A DNA stretch of 63,894 nt, counting the filler, from Craspedostauros australis (taxonomy: Eukaryota): assembly GCA_030167865.1 (NCBI GenBank). It is 5 parts of 5 records of this genome, joined end to end, with 100 filler letters (N's around TTAATTAATTAA, not from the genome) between each part and the next. Parts side by side here need not be neighbours in the genome. Positions count along the whole stretch, not along the records: positions 1 to 28,326 come from JALAGF010006551.1; 4 more parts are not named here. One strand, given 5' to 3'. Every line of letters starts with the position of its first letter. The first letter of the stretch is position 1. Shown here piece by piece: positions 1 through 11,426 of this stretch. The notes beneath the pieces are model-generated. The model was not told where the DNA came from and did not search any database. It saw only the letters and a list, made by a program, of their open reading frames with translations. Made by a program: the position numbers and the translations under genes.

Positions 1-286
1 ACCCAAGCCCAAACACAGGCCGCCTGCGGCGGCCTGTGTAGGGCAGAGCGCCTTCGGCTGGGTACGATAGGTGATTAGCAAGGAGTGCGGTCGTTGCTGG
101 CCAGGTTCGCGAGCCTTCGGATGGGGCTGGTGGGCGCCGGCGGGTCGGCGGTCTGAAAGGAAGCGTGGTGGGCGCGATTATCTGTGATATACTCGACCTA
201 GCCGGAGCCGTATGGCGTGTGCGGGCGAGTCTAAAGCCCTCGGGGCATTCCCTTCTATGGGTTTAGTCATTGTGAGTTATTATTAT
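1..286 (+). mobile_element. 3' end of a non-LTR retroelement or SINE-like element (structured, non-coding, (TTA)n tail); 5' end outside the window
   Basis: Carries the ordered motifs CTCGACC (192-198), GGCGAG (224-229), TAAAGCCC (232-239) and TGAGTTATTATTAT (273-286), which also occur at the 3' end of the LINE (30309-30392, minus strand). GC-rich with hairpins; all three + frames hit a stop within the first 80 nt. Confidence 0.6.
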
Positions 287-819
287 TGTTATAATGGATG
301 GATCCAACTTTGATCGGGTTGGGTTGTGATGGCAGTTTTCGCTGTGATTCTTCCCATTTACTAATCATGTTAATCGAAAATACTGGTTGGGCATCTCGCA
401 AATCCAAAGCAAGAGCTCCAATAGTTGTACGTCTGTTGTAGTTGCTCGTGAACTGCGACAACTGTCATGCGATACTGACAAAAACAACAAGAGAAATGAT
501 GGGCTGCATTCGAGGTGGCCTAACCGACGTCATCGCCATGACTTTACAACCAAACCACCTCGAAAGCAGCAATCTCAGATTCTGAATCCCAAGCTGTCGA
601 AGTACAGGGTTGCCAGGTTTCATCTCGATCGGGTGTGCAAAATCAAAGTATCACGCGTGGATCACATCGCTCTTCGCTCGCAAGAGTAGATCCAACTCTA
701 CTGTTCGCCAGTTTTGGATGTTTGACCACAGAGCCACAGCCGCAAGGCCCGTCAATAGATCTTACGGATACAGGAAGCGACATGCTACTTTACGTACGGT
801 ACAGACTCGGATGCGCAGC

Positions 820-2505
820 TCACTTCTCCAACACATACTCCCAACTGGTCATATATTTCCAGTCGTCGCGGATCGACCAATCTCTCGTCTTCGCTTCGTC
901 ACCCTCCCACGTCTGGTTGAGGCTTTGTAGAAATCCCTCCCAAGATTCCTCATGGGCAAATAGTCGCTTTATGTCGACGCTGCAAACCTCGCGTTTCGTG
1001 ATAGTGACTTTACGGAAGGCTGTGCGATGCTCCAGTTCGCCCTGTGGCGACACATACAGCTCCGGGAACATCCTCTTTTCGACGCCGAGTGAGAAATTCA
1101 GCATCTGTTCCAATTCCGTTTCCTTCGGACATGCCAGGGGGAGGTCTGCCAGGGTCTTGTTGATGACTCGGCTGTGGTACTTTGCCAGGTCATCTGCCAT
1201 CTCGATTCTGGTCTTGTTGGCCTGCATGTCGTTCGTGATCAACCCGCGCTGGGCGGCAGCGTAGACGATCGTATTGTAATGGTACCATGCCATGCTGCGA
1301 GCACGCGAGAGTGTGCCCTCTGACTTGCCTCGCAAGGACTGGCATGATGCTGGCGCATCCGTAATGATGCTGCACATCAGCTGCTGGCTGATGTGCTCCT
1401 TCCCATGAACAGTGAGAAACTCAAAGTTGAACCCGGCTTTCTCCAGCAGGTAATGAGAAGCGTCGGAGAAAACGTATTTGTTGGTTTGCGTTTTGCAAAA
1501 TTCCTCAGTTTCACAGGAGGAGATACTCATCTGGACCCACGATGTCAGCATGCCCCATGTCTGACGAGGCTTCACGCCACCCTCGGCAGCCCATTTGCCA
1601 TTCTTACCTGTTCCCGTCAGGTCTTTGGAGTTGGATTCCTTGATGCAACTGAGCATCCATTCAACAGGCCTGCGGTACGTGGCGAGGATGGTAATATCCC
1701 AATCCTTCAGGATGTGTTGGATGTTGGCAAGGTATTCCTGATTTCTGTAAATCGCCGTTCGTCCAAAACGCGCTCTGTAGGAGTATGCCTCATCACTCAA
1801 AATCAATGAGATCCCATCCTCATGCATGGTGTCCAGCAGATGCCGGATACGTTGGATGCATGGCGGAATCCCAATGGATGACTCCGCCGCCAGCTGAGAT
1901 GATGCGTTCAACGAGCCATCCTCCTGTGGCGTTTCGCGAGTCTGATTGCGATATTCTGCGTAGCTCCGCAGGCAGTCGTTCTCCCACAAACCTCCCAACA
2001 CCCTCAATTTTGTGCCGTTGTGCTGATTTCCTGAGTGACCACGTCCCCAGAACATGTACTTATCTCGGATCAGCATCCCGTTTTCGCTCAAATCCTTCAG
2101 ATCGTCCTGGACGGTGGTCGTTGCGGTCTTGGATGGGCCAATGTGATAGATGAACCTCGTCTTCTTCTTCGTCTTCTTGCCTGCAGTTCTTGCCTGCGGC
2201 TGTTGTTCCGGCGGTTGTTGTTGTTGTTGTTGCTGCCCTGGTTGTTCTTGCAGCTGTTGCTCCTGCAACTGTTCCAGCTGCTCTTCGTGTGGCTGTTCTG
2301 GCGTCGCTTCCGCGTCAGAACTGTTTGACTCGCCCTCGACCTTGGCGTAGACGACTTCGGCGTCCTTCAACTTTGATGCCAAGAACTTCCGCAAATCAAT
2401 CTTGGAGAGGGTCGTTGATTGCACCAGCAGACAGATGACGACGACGATCACGATCCGAGTCATCCGCTGGCGGTGCTGCTTTTTCTTTGGCTGCGCGTTT
2501 GCCAT
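820..2505 (-). CDS. Type II membrane sulfotransferase-like (P-loop fold) protein
   Basis: Probable start MANAQPKKKQHRQRMTR, then a TM segment (IVIVVVICLLV), a Q/E-rich stem, IYHIGPSKTATTTVQ (5'-PSB-like HIGxxKTxTT motif), LILSDEAY and ATYRRPVEW. The frame stays open upstream to 2766. Confidence 0.7.
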   Translation of the reverse strand: MANAQPKKKQHRQRMTRIVIVVVICLLVQSTTLSKIDLRKFLASKLKDAEVVYAKVEGESNSSDAEATPEQPHEEQLEQLQEQQLQEQPGQQQQQQQPPEQQPQARTAGKKTKKKTRFIYHIGPSKTATTTVQDDLKDLSENGMLIRDKYMFWGRGHSGNQHNGTKLRVLGGLWENDCLRSYAEYRNQTRETPQEDGSLNASSQLAAESSIGIPPCIQRIRHLLDTMHEDGISLILSDEAYSYRARFGRTAIYRNQEYLANIQHILKDWDITILATYRRPVEWMLSCIKESNSKDLTGTGKNGKWAAEGGVKPRQTWGMLTSWVQMSISSCETEEFCKTQTNKYVFSDASHYLLEKAGFNFEFLTVHGKEHISQQLMCSIITDAPASCQSLRGKSEGTLSRARSMAWYHYNTIVYAAAQRGLITNDMQANKTRIEMADDLAKYHSRVINKTLADLPLACPKETELEQMLNFSLGVEKRMFPELYVSPQGELEHRTAFRKVTITKREVCSVDIKRLFAHEESWEGFLQSLNQTWEGDEAKTRDWSIRDDWKYMTSWEYVLEK

Positions 2506-4563
2506 CGTTCTGTGGCTTGGGTTTGGATTCGACCCTGATGCCGACCCTGAGCTACTATATGATGATGCCCTGGCGCTGGACAGAATGCTCTTCCACTTGA
2601 CCTCAATGCTGTTCTCCTCGACTGGAATTGTCACTGGTGATGGTGATGGTGATGGTGGTCGCACTGGTGGCGGTGTGGCGGTGATAGAAGTGAAGTGGCT
2701 GGTGCTGATTGATGATGCTATGCGCACGAGACTGCGCAACAACTTGGCAGCCACGTGGAACTGCAAGAATCAGCGGACAAAAAACGCTTTCGTGGGGTTG
2801 TGCTGTGCTGCACCCGCGCTTGTTCATGATGACCGTTGGAGCAATGCGACTATCGCCAAGAGAACGCCACCTCATGCCCACTCGTGTCGGGATCAAAGGT
2901 CCCAACTGCCAATCGGGTCACTTCTGGACATAATCGACTGGTTGATACAGCCGACCCATACGACTCCAGGGCATCATCCGCAGGAAGAAGACGGGATACA
3001 CAAGCGGGAATGCAAGCCATGTGCATCACCCCGCAATGGAGACCCAAACTAAACGGTTATAACGGCCACACATGGGCCATATTCCCAAGTAAGGACAATT
3101 CGAACCATGGGCGACAACGGCCATTTGATGGCAATGCGGAGCTCACAAAATGATCGCCCGCGGCGACAAAATCGACACACAAGCAAAAACTCGAAAAACA
3201 CGGAATGCGCTATCGATGACACCAATTGCAAACCCACAGAGGAGATGCAATCGGATAGTGAAGCCGGACCAAGACCCGCTTCGAGCAAATGAGAAACGAA
3301 AGAGGTCGAACACGAGGAGATTGAGGAGCCTGCAAGAGAAAGGAGAAAGAGAGAATAGAAACAACAAGCAGAGAAGCGATGCGACAAGCAACAACCGAAA
3401 CGCGCACAATTTGGAAAAGACGACAGAATTGTCACACTCCTCGCTTCGGATAACGCTTCCTGCAACGCTTCAAAATTTTTAACCCACCTTCCCGCCCTTT
3501 GGGGATTCCAGCGCTCTCCCTCCAACCATGATCGAATCAGTCAACACCAACGCAAACAGCCGAGGCAGAGACCAGAGACGAACTTGGCCAGGAGGGATCG
3601 AGCCGGATGATCCAAGACAAGCTTGGAGGTGCTAGTAACCCTACCACCCAACGCAGACAAGCTATGTGTCTATTGGATTAGCCAACACCTGCCGTTCTCG
3701 GCTCCAAGTGTTGTTCTCAGGAACTCTTCGTGGGCCATAGCTTCCCATTTCGATTGTGGAAGAATTAATGAGAAACTCCGAAAACCATCAAGACGTACTT
3801 GGTCTTGATTCAATCCCGAGCAATCGCGAGAAAACCAAATTCTGTGTTTATTCAGACGTGATTCGATTATGAAAGTCACCGCTAGAATTATTTTGGAGTT
3901 TTTCGATTTGTTTGGACGTATTTGTGGAAGTTGGTGGAAGTTCAAGAAGGGACAGACTGCCTACAACTTCTGGTGTACCACAGTCTAGAGAGAACGCTGC
4001 CTGCTCCGTCCATCAATACTCTACTCTGTACCATACGCAGCAGTCACACATGCGCACAGCACAAGAAGCGCGATACAGTGACGGGAAGTATAGCATGCCA
4101 AATCGGACGCAGGAGATACCGGTGAAAGACTCGGTCGTCATTGCACATTGTTGTTTGCAAGGTGATGTAGACATGTGCAGAGGAGAAGAAGAGCATCGCT
4201 ACTATTCCACGAGTTTGTACGGCAAAGCTAATGCTTTTGTGACATGCATGGCAAACCTCCAGAATTCGGCTTTTGAAAGCGTCACAGCTTTGCGGCTATC
4301 AGTATAGACCGTCTTTGCTCTGCCCTCTAGTCCAATCTCTTGCATGATATGTGCTCTCTGGGGAGTATGAGAGCACTGTGGACCAGAAATGGGCACTTGT
4401 TGTCAGTGCGTACTCGTACGGTACACATCGTTGCGTCAAGGCGAGACCGCAAAGTTCAATGCTACGGTGAGTCCTATAGTACGTTGATGAATGGCTGGCA
4501 CAAATCAAGGAGGGCATCAAGGCGTGCGCCTTGTTGGCTTCTGCCAATAGCCTTTTCGTCTCT

Positions 4564-5544
4564 CTAGCGTTCACGTTCCGCCTCTTCTCGCATCAACTGG
4601 TGGCTTTGCTTCAGCATCGTCCTGTAATCATCTTCCTCCATGTTCATGCTCTTCAAGAACCGATCGCATTGAATTTTGAAGTCATCGTTGAGCGCGCCCA
4701 TGAGCTTGAAGCGGAAGTAGAAGCCATCCCAGCGCTCTTGTATTTGGTCGACTTGATCCAAGAATGCCACCTTGCCCAACCTATCGAACGTTCCGTACTT
4801 GCCTCCGAATTTGATGAGGGCGGCATGGTCCTCCACCAGCTTCATGTACTCTTCCCGCACGGTGTCGGTTTCAAAGCTGCTCGGCGAGAATGGCGCCGCC
4901 GTGATGGCCTCGGCGGCTTGCATCGCGTTGAGATTGGGAGGAGCCGAACTTTTATCCTGGTTCATGAGCTGCTCAAGGTCCATGTCAGCAGGCGGCATGG
5001 GAGGTTGGCTGCCGTCGGCCATGGCCTTCATGCAGTCGGCCTGCCAGTTCATCATGGACGCAATCTTTTCGATAGACGTGTTGTACGTTGCCAAATGTGC
5101 CTGCGTGAGCTTGCCGTACTCCCTGGTCTGAAAGTCTTCGCTGAGACGCAGTCGAGCGCACAGGGTTTCCCACGACTCCACGGCATCCTTCATGCCCGTC
5201 GAGACCTTGATCAGGAGGTCCTTGTCCGGCATCTGTCCCATCTGCATTTCCATCTGCACCTTGTTGAGATCGGAGGTGAAATCGGGTGCCATGCTGTTGA
5301 GCTGGTTCATCTTGGGCTCCATCTCCACGGAAGCACTGGAACGGAACGGGCAGAAGGGGCCAGTGGGAGTCAGCGCATGCAGACGCATGGACCTTGGGAC
5401 ATCACGTTCGTCGGCGTTATTCCCGATCGGAGACAAGCCAGTGGTATGTCTCGGGACCGGCGCAAATGCCGATGCTGGTGCGCATATCAGAAGGTATGCC
5501 AATGTGGTCGTGCTTGTTGCCGCGGCAAATTGTGGAAGCCTCAT
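4564..5544 (-). CDS. Plastid-targeted DUF1825-like protein
   Basis: Signal peptide ending in a textbook ASA-FAP motif. FETDTVREEYMKLVEDH...GGKYGTFDRLGKVAFLDQ and RLRLSEDF resemble cyanobacterial/plastid DUF1825 as recalled. Confidence 0.75.
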   Translation of the reverse strand: MRLPQFAAATSTTTLAYLLICAPASAFAPVPRHTTGLSPIGNNADERDVPRSMRLHALTPTGPFCPFRSSASVEMEPKMNQLNSMAPDFTSDLNKVQMEMQMGQMPDKDLLIKVSTGMKDAVESWETLCARLRLSEDFQTREYGKLTQAHLATYNTSIEKIASMMNWQADCMKAMADGSQPPMPPADMDLEQLMNQDKSSAPPNLNAMQAAEAITAAPFSPSSFETDTVREEYMKLVEDHAALIKFGGKYGTFDRLGKVAFLDQVDQIQERWDGFYFRFKLMGALNDDFKIQCDRFLKSMNMEEDDYRTMLKQSHQLMREEAERER

Positions 5545-6255
5545 CGTCGATGCTGTTTGTGCAGGGGGTTGCGTTGTTTTATAGAATACGATCTTATATG
5601 ATTTTGCAGACAGGGATGTGTTGCGTCCGCGTGGTCTTGTTGGTTGCCCTGTGTTGTCGCAAGGTGTGGTGGGTGTTGTTCCTTTGATGCTCTCGCTGCC
5701 TCTGTCTCTCTGTTGTTTGTGGTTGGTTCGGCTTCTTGTGACACTTGGAGTTTGTGGCATGTCAGAAAATGGAAGATCTTCGATGTTTGTGTCAACCGTG
5801 GTACCAATACCATCGATACCGAAGATACTGTTCCGAATCGACTTTTTTGAAACAGCGGTTGTATTATTTTCGGGTCGGTACGTCAGTCTCCACGATGTTC
5901 CGACACTCTGACGCGAAAGCGTTCAGACGATCCGATGATGACCCACGGTTCAACAAAGCCCAGTTTCGCACCAACCATCACCACCAACAAGAACGAGAAC
6001 AACGACAGCCGCAAGAGAGCGACACCCATCACATCGGAGGAGTGAGAATGGCGTAGCTCGCACTACCGCGGTAGCACAATCCCAACATCGCAACTCCACG
6101 AACAATCGTGCATGGCCTGCCAATCTTCAAGAGCGCATCACTTGCGAGTACAAACGAGTGCATCCGGCGGCATCAACGAGAATCTGACCAACCGTCATCG
6201 CACGAATAGCGTCCCAACCATCACCGTCACCGCCGATCGAACAGGAAGAGAAGCA

Positions 6256-7414
6256 ATGCAGGTTCAGCCAGCAGGCACTGCGCCCTGCCTTCGCATTGCA
6301 GCCCTCCTGCTGCTACTCACGATCCCATCTGACGCGTTCTCCGCGCTCCCATCAAATGGAATGCACAATTTTGCTGCGTCCGATCGGCAACAGACGAGGC
6401 TATTGGCAAAGAAAGGCGGCAAGCGAGGCAAACGATCAGGCGGCGGCGGCGGTCGCAACAGTCCTGCAGGTCGCATCGTGCCCGAGACGGTATCGATCTA
6501 CGTCGATGCCAATGGCGACGATGCCTGGAAGACGATGGATATCGTCGAGATCATCACGCGCGGAGGTGTGGGAGTCGTTCCCACCGACACGGGGTACGGC
6601 GTGATCACGACGATGGACAGCAAGCTGGGGCTGGAACGCATACTGCGATTCAAGCAGCAGTACACGCCCGAGAATGCGAGCAACAAGAAACCGCTGTCCG
6701 TCCTGTGCACTGATCTGCCCACCATCGATTCCTTCTGCTACGGCATCGACCGCAACGTCTTTAAGATCCTCAAAAAGAACCTGCCGGGGCCGTACACGTT
6801 CATACTGCCGGCCTCGACGACGTTACCGAAGAGCATGAGCTTGTCAGCGAGCGGCGGCAAGCAGAGCTGGGCGAGGAGCACGGTCGGCATACGGATGCCA
6901 AAGGATCCCGTGTTGCGATACTTGCAGGACGATTTGTTGGACGGCGCACCGTTGCTGGTCTCGTCCATTCCGAAACAACTCGCAACTGGACAGTATGATG
7001 AGGATGACGCTGATTTTGATCCCAGCGATTATGATGACGATGACGACGACGTGTCGCCGTATACTGAGTGCTCCCTCGATCCTGGGGCATCATGGCACAG
7101 CCAGATGGACTTCATTGTGGTAAGTGATTGCACAGTCGGGAACAATGTATATTGCTCGATCCGTTTTGTGCAAAGTTCGCTGTTGTGCTGTGCATCGCCG
7201 ACAATCTCTCACATGTGTGTGTTGATCCGCTGTTCTATTCGTTTCACCTCCATCGGCGACGCAATCATGTTGCGGTATCATGCTTCACTGCCCGACGCCT
7301 CGACAGGACGCCGGTCCCAGACCGATTGATGGATCAACGATCTACGATCTCACCGCAAGGGGGGAGCCGGAACTGATACGCGAAGGAATGGGGGAGACGG
7401 CACTCATGTCTTGA
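6256..7414 (+). CDS. YrdC/Sua5 (YciO-like) threonylcarbamoyl-AMP synthase family protein, probably plastid-targeted; 2 exons (6256-7119, 7307-7414)
   Basis: Motifs GGVGVVPTDTGYG, KKPLSVLC, LPGPYTFIL, TVGIRMP and PLLVSS. A GTAAGT...ACAG intron (7120-7306) restores DFIV|DAGPRPIDGSTIYDLT...PELIREGMG. The N-terminus reads LLLLLTIPSDA-FSA. Confidence 0.85.
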
Positions 7415-8821
7415 TCAGTGACCTGTGTTTTGCAAAGGTCTGTTTCGATGACAAGTGCTTACTTGCAACGAAGGATCGAGCAATGTCGAAATAGAAGGCA
7501 GAACGGTCGCTTTCATCTCTCCGGAGCTGCTTTCTAAATCCGAAGGGGCATTTGCGCCTGCGCGAACGGCTTTCTATTCATCGTCGAGTTTAAAGAGTGA
7601 GAAAATGACGATCAAATATACTTAACAAGAGGCGCTCACTCCACAAACGAAGCCATGTCTGTGTGCGAATTGCACGCGGTGGCGTTGGGATGCTGAACGG
7701 CCGAGCATGTGCGACGCAACAATGAGTTGATCACTGGCCACATCCTTGCATCCAAGTTACGAATCGTATTCAATTACTCGGCATCACGACGCGTTTCCTC
7801 CTCAAGTGATGTTGCTGTAGTTCTTCACTCCTCTTGATCGATCGCGCCGTCTGTCTCAATCATTTGAGAAAATTATAGATGATGTGATGGAGCGGACGAA
7901 GGCTATTGACGTTGTGCGATCCATGTATGAATCCAAGTGCAAAGTGTCCGCGTCTTCGTGGACAAGCAGCCGCCCTCGCCACCAAGCCCATCGTCCACTT
8001 CCCTCACACTCCAGATGAGATGGACGTCGATGGACAGTTGAGAATGTTGAAATAGCTTATTCTGCAATGATTTGGACGGACGAGAAAAGTCTGCACAATT
8101 TCAGCTGCTATCCTCGTTGCCGCATCTTGCAACAGTACACTCGCGATCGGCGAATAGCAATGTATCTAGCATGGCATCCTTTGTCAGATGCTTGCGAGCC
8201 AACTCCGCTTCAAGGCCAGGCTTGAGCTGCCAAAAGCCGAATTATTTGACCAGAAGGACCGCTGTTGCAGATCGTATTGTCCATTTGGTGCTGAACTTAG
8301 CAGGCCAGTATCATCGCCGTTGTCGTCGAAGGATATCTCACCTTTGTAGATGTATTGGAGGGCGTGTTGAACATGCTGGGGATGGAGGTTGCGAAGAGGG
8401 GTGAGTTTGTGGGTGGGAGCAGTCCCAGCATCAGTGCCGTGATCAGCGTGCTATCATTAGCGCACTGGTGTTGGATAGCGGAGTCGATCAATGCCTGAAT
8501 GCATACAACAGTGACCATGAGGACTCCGCTGCATGCCTTGATTTGTTTGTGTTCGTCGCTCTGTCCCCATCAGAAGGTGATGTCTACTAGGGCTTCGATA
8601 CGAACGGCGGTGCGTCAATCTTGGCCGATGCTGATGTTGGTTGTTGTGCGGATTTGAGAGCTGATGTGCTTGGATGGCATTGTGATCTAAAGCTGTGCCC
8701 AATGTGATGGTATTCTTGTGACTTTGTTTGTGCATCTGCGCCTGCATCTGCAGCTGTGAGTCGCGATGACTGAGACTCTTCATGATCAATCTCATTGTCT
8801 TGATCGGATGTTTTGGTTGGA

Positions 8822-9013
8822 TCACACCAGGAAGTTTTTCGTGCTATTTGTTCTTGAGGTCGGCTTGAATGACTTGATGAGGCACTCCGCGCAGCCAGAA
8901 TGGGCGTATTGGTATGCCAGATGAAGCGGAGTGTCACCATCGTTGCGCCCGCATGCGTAACGAAAGGGAGTGGTATCACCGTTGGCTTTGCAGTTGACGT
9001 CGGCCTCGTTCAC
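8822..9013 (-). pseudogene. Degenerate ankyrin-repeat fragment
   Basis: ADVNCKANGDTTPFRYAC and DGDTPLHLAYQYAHSGCAECLI match the ankyrin consensus, but the ORF is short, lacks an ATG and is flanked by stops. Confidence 0.4.
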
Positions 9014-9438
9014 AACGACGTTGGTTCCAAGGTGAAGTTTGCTGTTGCTCCTTGTGGTCTGGTTTCATGCCGGCGGCGCGCTCCTCTGGTGTCGATGTCC
9101 ACCTCATCGAGCTGGAAACCAGGAATGGCAAAATGGACGGAGGCAAGAGATCAGACTCCGGAGCAGATGGCATTGCCGCATCAGTGGAGTGATACGATTA
9201 CACGCCTAAAACTTACCTACTTATCCTTCACGAGTCAAGCCTCAGGATGCGCGCGTGCCTTCGAAATACATCATTCCATTGGACACCCTGACTGGTGGTC
9301 TCCCAAGTGCCTCCATGTTCCAACACCATTGGCACGCAGCTGCTCAGAACAGGTCTCGGTGGACTGCCCAGGTCGTTTTTTGCTGTGCGCATTTCGTGGT
9401 CCCATCCATGCGGCGCGTCGTATCATGATCATCCGGTG

Positions 9439-10341
9439 TCATCGCAAGCGCGTCTTGGGAGTCGGGACGACCTGCAACGAATTCAGAACCTTGTCGAACG
9501 TGGCCTCCTGGTTGGAAAAGCGTGCTCTCGTCGTGCCAGCGATGAGGAGCAGGAGGGAAGAATCCACCTGCTTGGCACGAATCCGTAGCTGCCGATCCGA
9601 TTCCAACATGCCGGGGGTGAAGGAGGTGAAGGAGATGTTGAACCACCCCTCGGTAGCATCTTGCGGCGCCGATTGCGATTGCTGCGGCATCGGCTTGACC
9701 TTGACATCGATCGGTGTCCCGTAGGCTCCGAATTTGCCTTGCGATGCCAGCACGCTCTTCGAGAGCACCGCGTTGAATCCGCTCTTCGACTTCCACGTCT
9801 CCTTCTGGGCCTCGTCGATGGACACCAGCTGCACGAAGACGGATTCCACGCCGCGCAGATCCCTGGTTTCCAATCCAGACGTTGACGGCAACAACGACCA
9901 CGGGCTTTGGAATTCCACCAGCAACGGCCGCGCGTCGGGACCGACGATCTCGGCGCTGACGAGTCCTTTCGAATCCTGGGTTGGTGCGATGCCGGAGATG
10001 AATGACACTCCCGTATCTGGCTTGGTCTTGCCGAGACCGCCGACGCCACCATCGAATGCCAGACTTGGAGATGCTGACGCCGTTGCGGCGAGCAGGATGC
10101 CGGCTTGGAAGGAATGGCCGATCATGCTTCGTCTTGACGGCATTCTCGATGCATCACAAGTGGATGCCGAGCTGGCATCTCGGGATCGATCGGACCCAGC
10201 ACATGTCAGCAGGTCATGATTTGCTGGCGTGTCGGCGTGTGTGATGCGGCTGCTCGTGGACAGGGCCTCGGCAAGATCCAGGCACCAGAACAGCACACCG
10301 ACACGCAACACCGAAAGGAAAGACATCCGTACTGCCTGCAT
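9439..10341 (-). CDS. Probable thylakoid-lumen PsbP-like protein with tripartite presequence
   Basis: Signal peptide (AEA-L), transit peptide, twin-Arg Tat signal SRRSMIG...ASASPSLA-F. The mature part AFDGGVGGLGKTKP...SFTSFTPGMLESDR...LLLLIAGTT...VLNSLQV resembles a PsbP-type domain. Confidence 0.65.
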   Translation of the reverse strand: MQAVRMSFLSVLRVGVLFWCLDLAEALSTSSRITHADTPANHDLLTCAGSDRSRDASSASTCDASRMPSRRSMIGHSFQAGILLAATASASPSLAFDGGVGGLGKTKPDTGVSFISGIAPTQDSKGLVSAEIVGPDARPLLVEFQSPWSLLPSTSGLETRDLRGVESVFVQLVSIDEAQKETWKSKSGFNAVLSKSVLASQGKFGAYGTPIDVKVKPMPQQSQSAPQDATEGWFNISFTSFTPGMLESDRQLRIRAKQVDSSLLLLIAGTTRARFSNQEATFDKVLNSLQVVPTPKTRLR

Positions 10342-11426
10342 GTTTGCAATCGAATGAATCCACTGTGATTCGTCTACTTGCAGTGTGTTGCATGTATTGT
10401 ATGCGCGAGTATGTTGATGGAGAGGATTTCAAGTGGGTTGGTTCTGCTGTGCGTTGTGAGCTCCGTCGCGTTCATGATCCAATGAGCGGCACACTCCGTC
10501 CATACTCGTGGTACCACGCTTGTGTGGTTCCGCCATGGTCGGTGGATCTTGTTGGTGTCAGTTCCGTGTTGATCGGCATGTGTTCGGGAATTGTCTGGTC
10601 AGTCGAGTTGGTCATACATGTCACGATTTCTCTGCGAGGTTGGGTTTTTGTGCAGCGATTGTGCTTGCTGCCTTTTTCGCGCCAGTGATGGTCACACCAC
10701 GCGAAACTTGGCGTGTTTCGCGAACGAATCTCTTCTTGGTTGTTGACGACATCCGATCACGGAGAGTCGGAACGCAACACAAAGCAGAGAGACATCAAAA
10801 AGGTCCAAGTTTGCAACGTGTAAGTTCTGCGACGGCGATGTTCTTTGATGCTTCAGCAACTCTCTTCGTGTGTGTCGTGGTGATCTGGATCAACGGAAGT
10901 GATGATCGAACTTCCAAGCGCCCTGTGCTGATCGTTGTTTCGTGGGAGGCAATGATGCAGGAGTGCTGATCTCTGCGTTGGCTCAGCGTCTTGCCAATCA
11001 CATGATGTTCCGCAACTCGCTCACGTGGTTCTGCTTGTCGCCTCTCTGCACTCGTACTCGTACTCTATTCTGGGCGCTTCTTCTCTACTCCTTCTTCTTG
11101 ACGGTCTGCCATACTGCGACGCACCCACATACTACTCCACGCTACGACCTACTCGTACTGCTGCGGTGCCCACTCGTACAATAATAGGAACAACTGTGGC
11201 GATAAAGTATCCGTGCTCGCCAGACGCATCTTCAGTCTCCGTTCAGCATTACTCCAACTACGAGTGAAGTATTCCACATACACTGCTGCTAATAAATCAC
11301 AAGACCCGCCAATCAAGCCATTCACATCAGCAACGTCAACATAGTCAACACAAACAACCGCATCAGCATCAGCACCACCTTCTAACCATCTACCATCCAC
11401 CATCAATACGAGTATTGAGACCAAAC

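Noticed and set aside
2150..2350. Cys-rich metallothionein-like ORF
   Set aside because: It is the antisense reading of the poly-Q/E tract of the minus-strand gene. The same applies to the Cys runs at 15685-15960 and 16405-17076.
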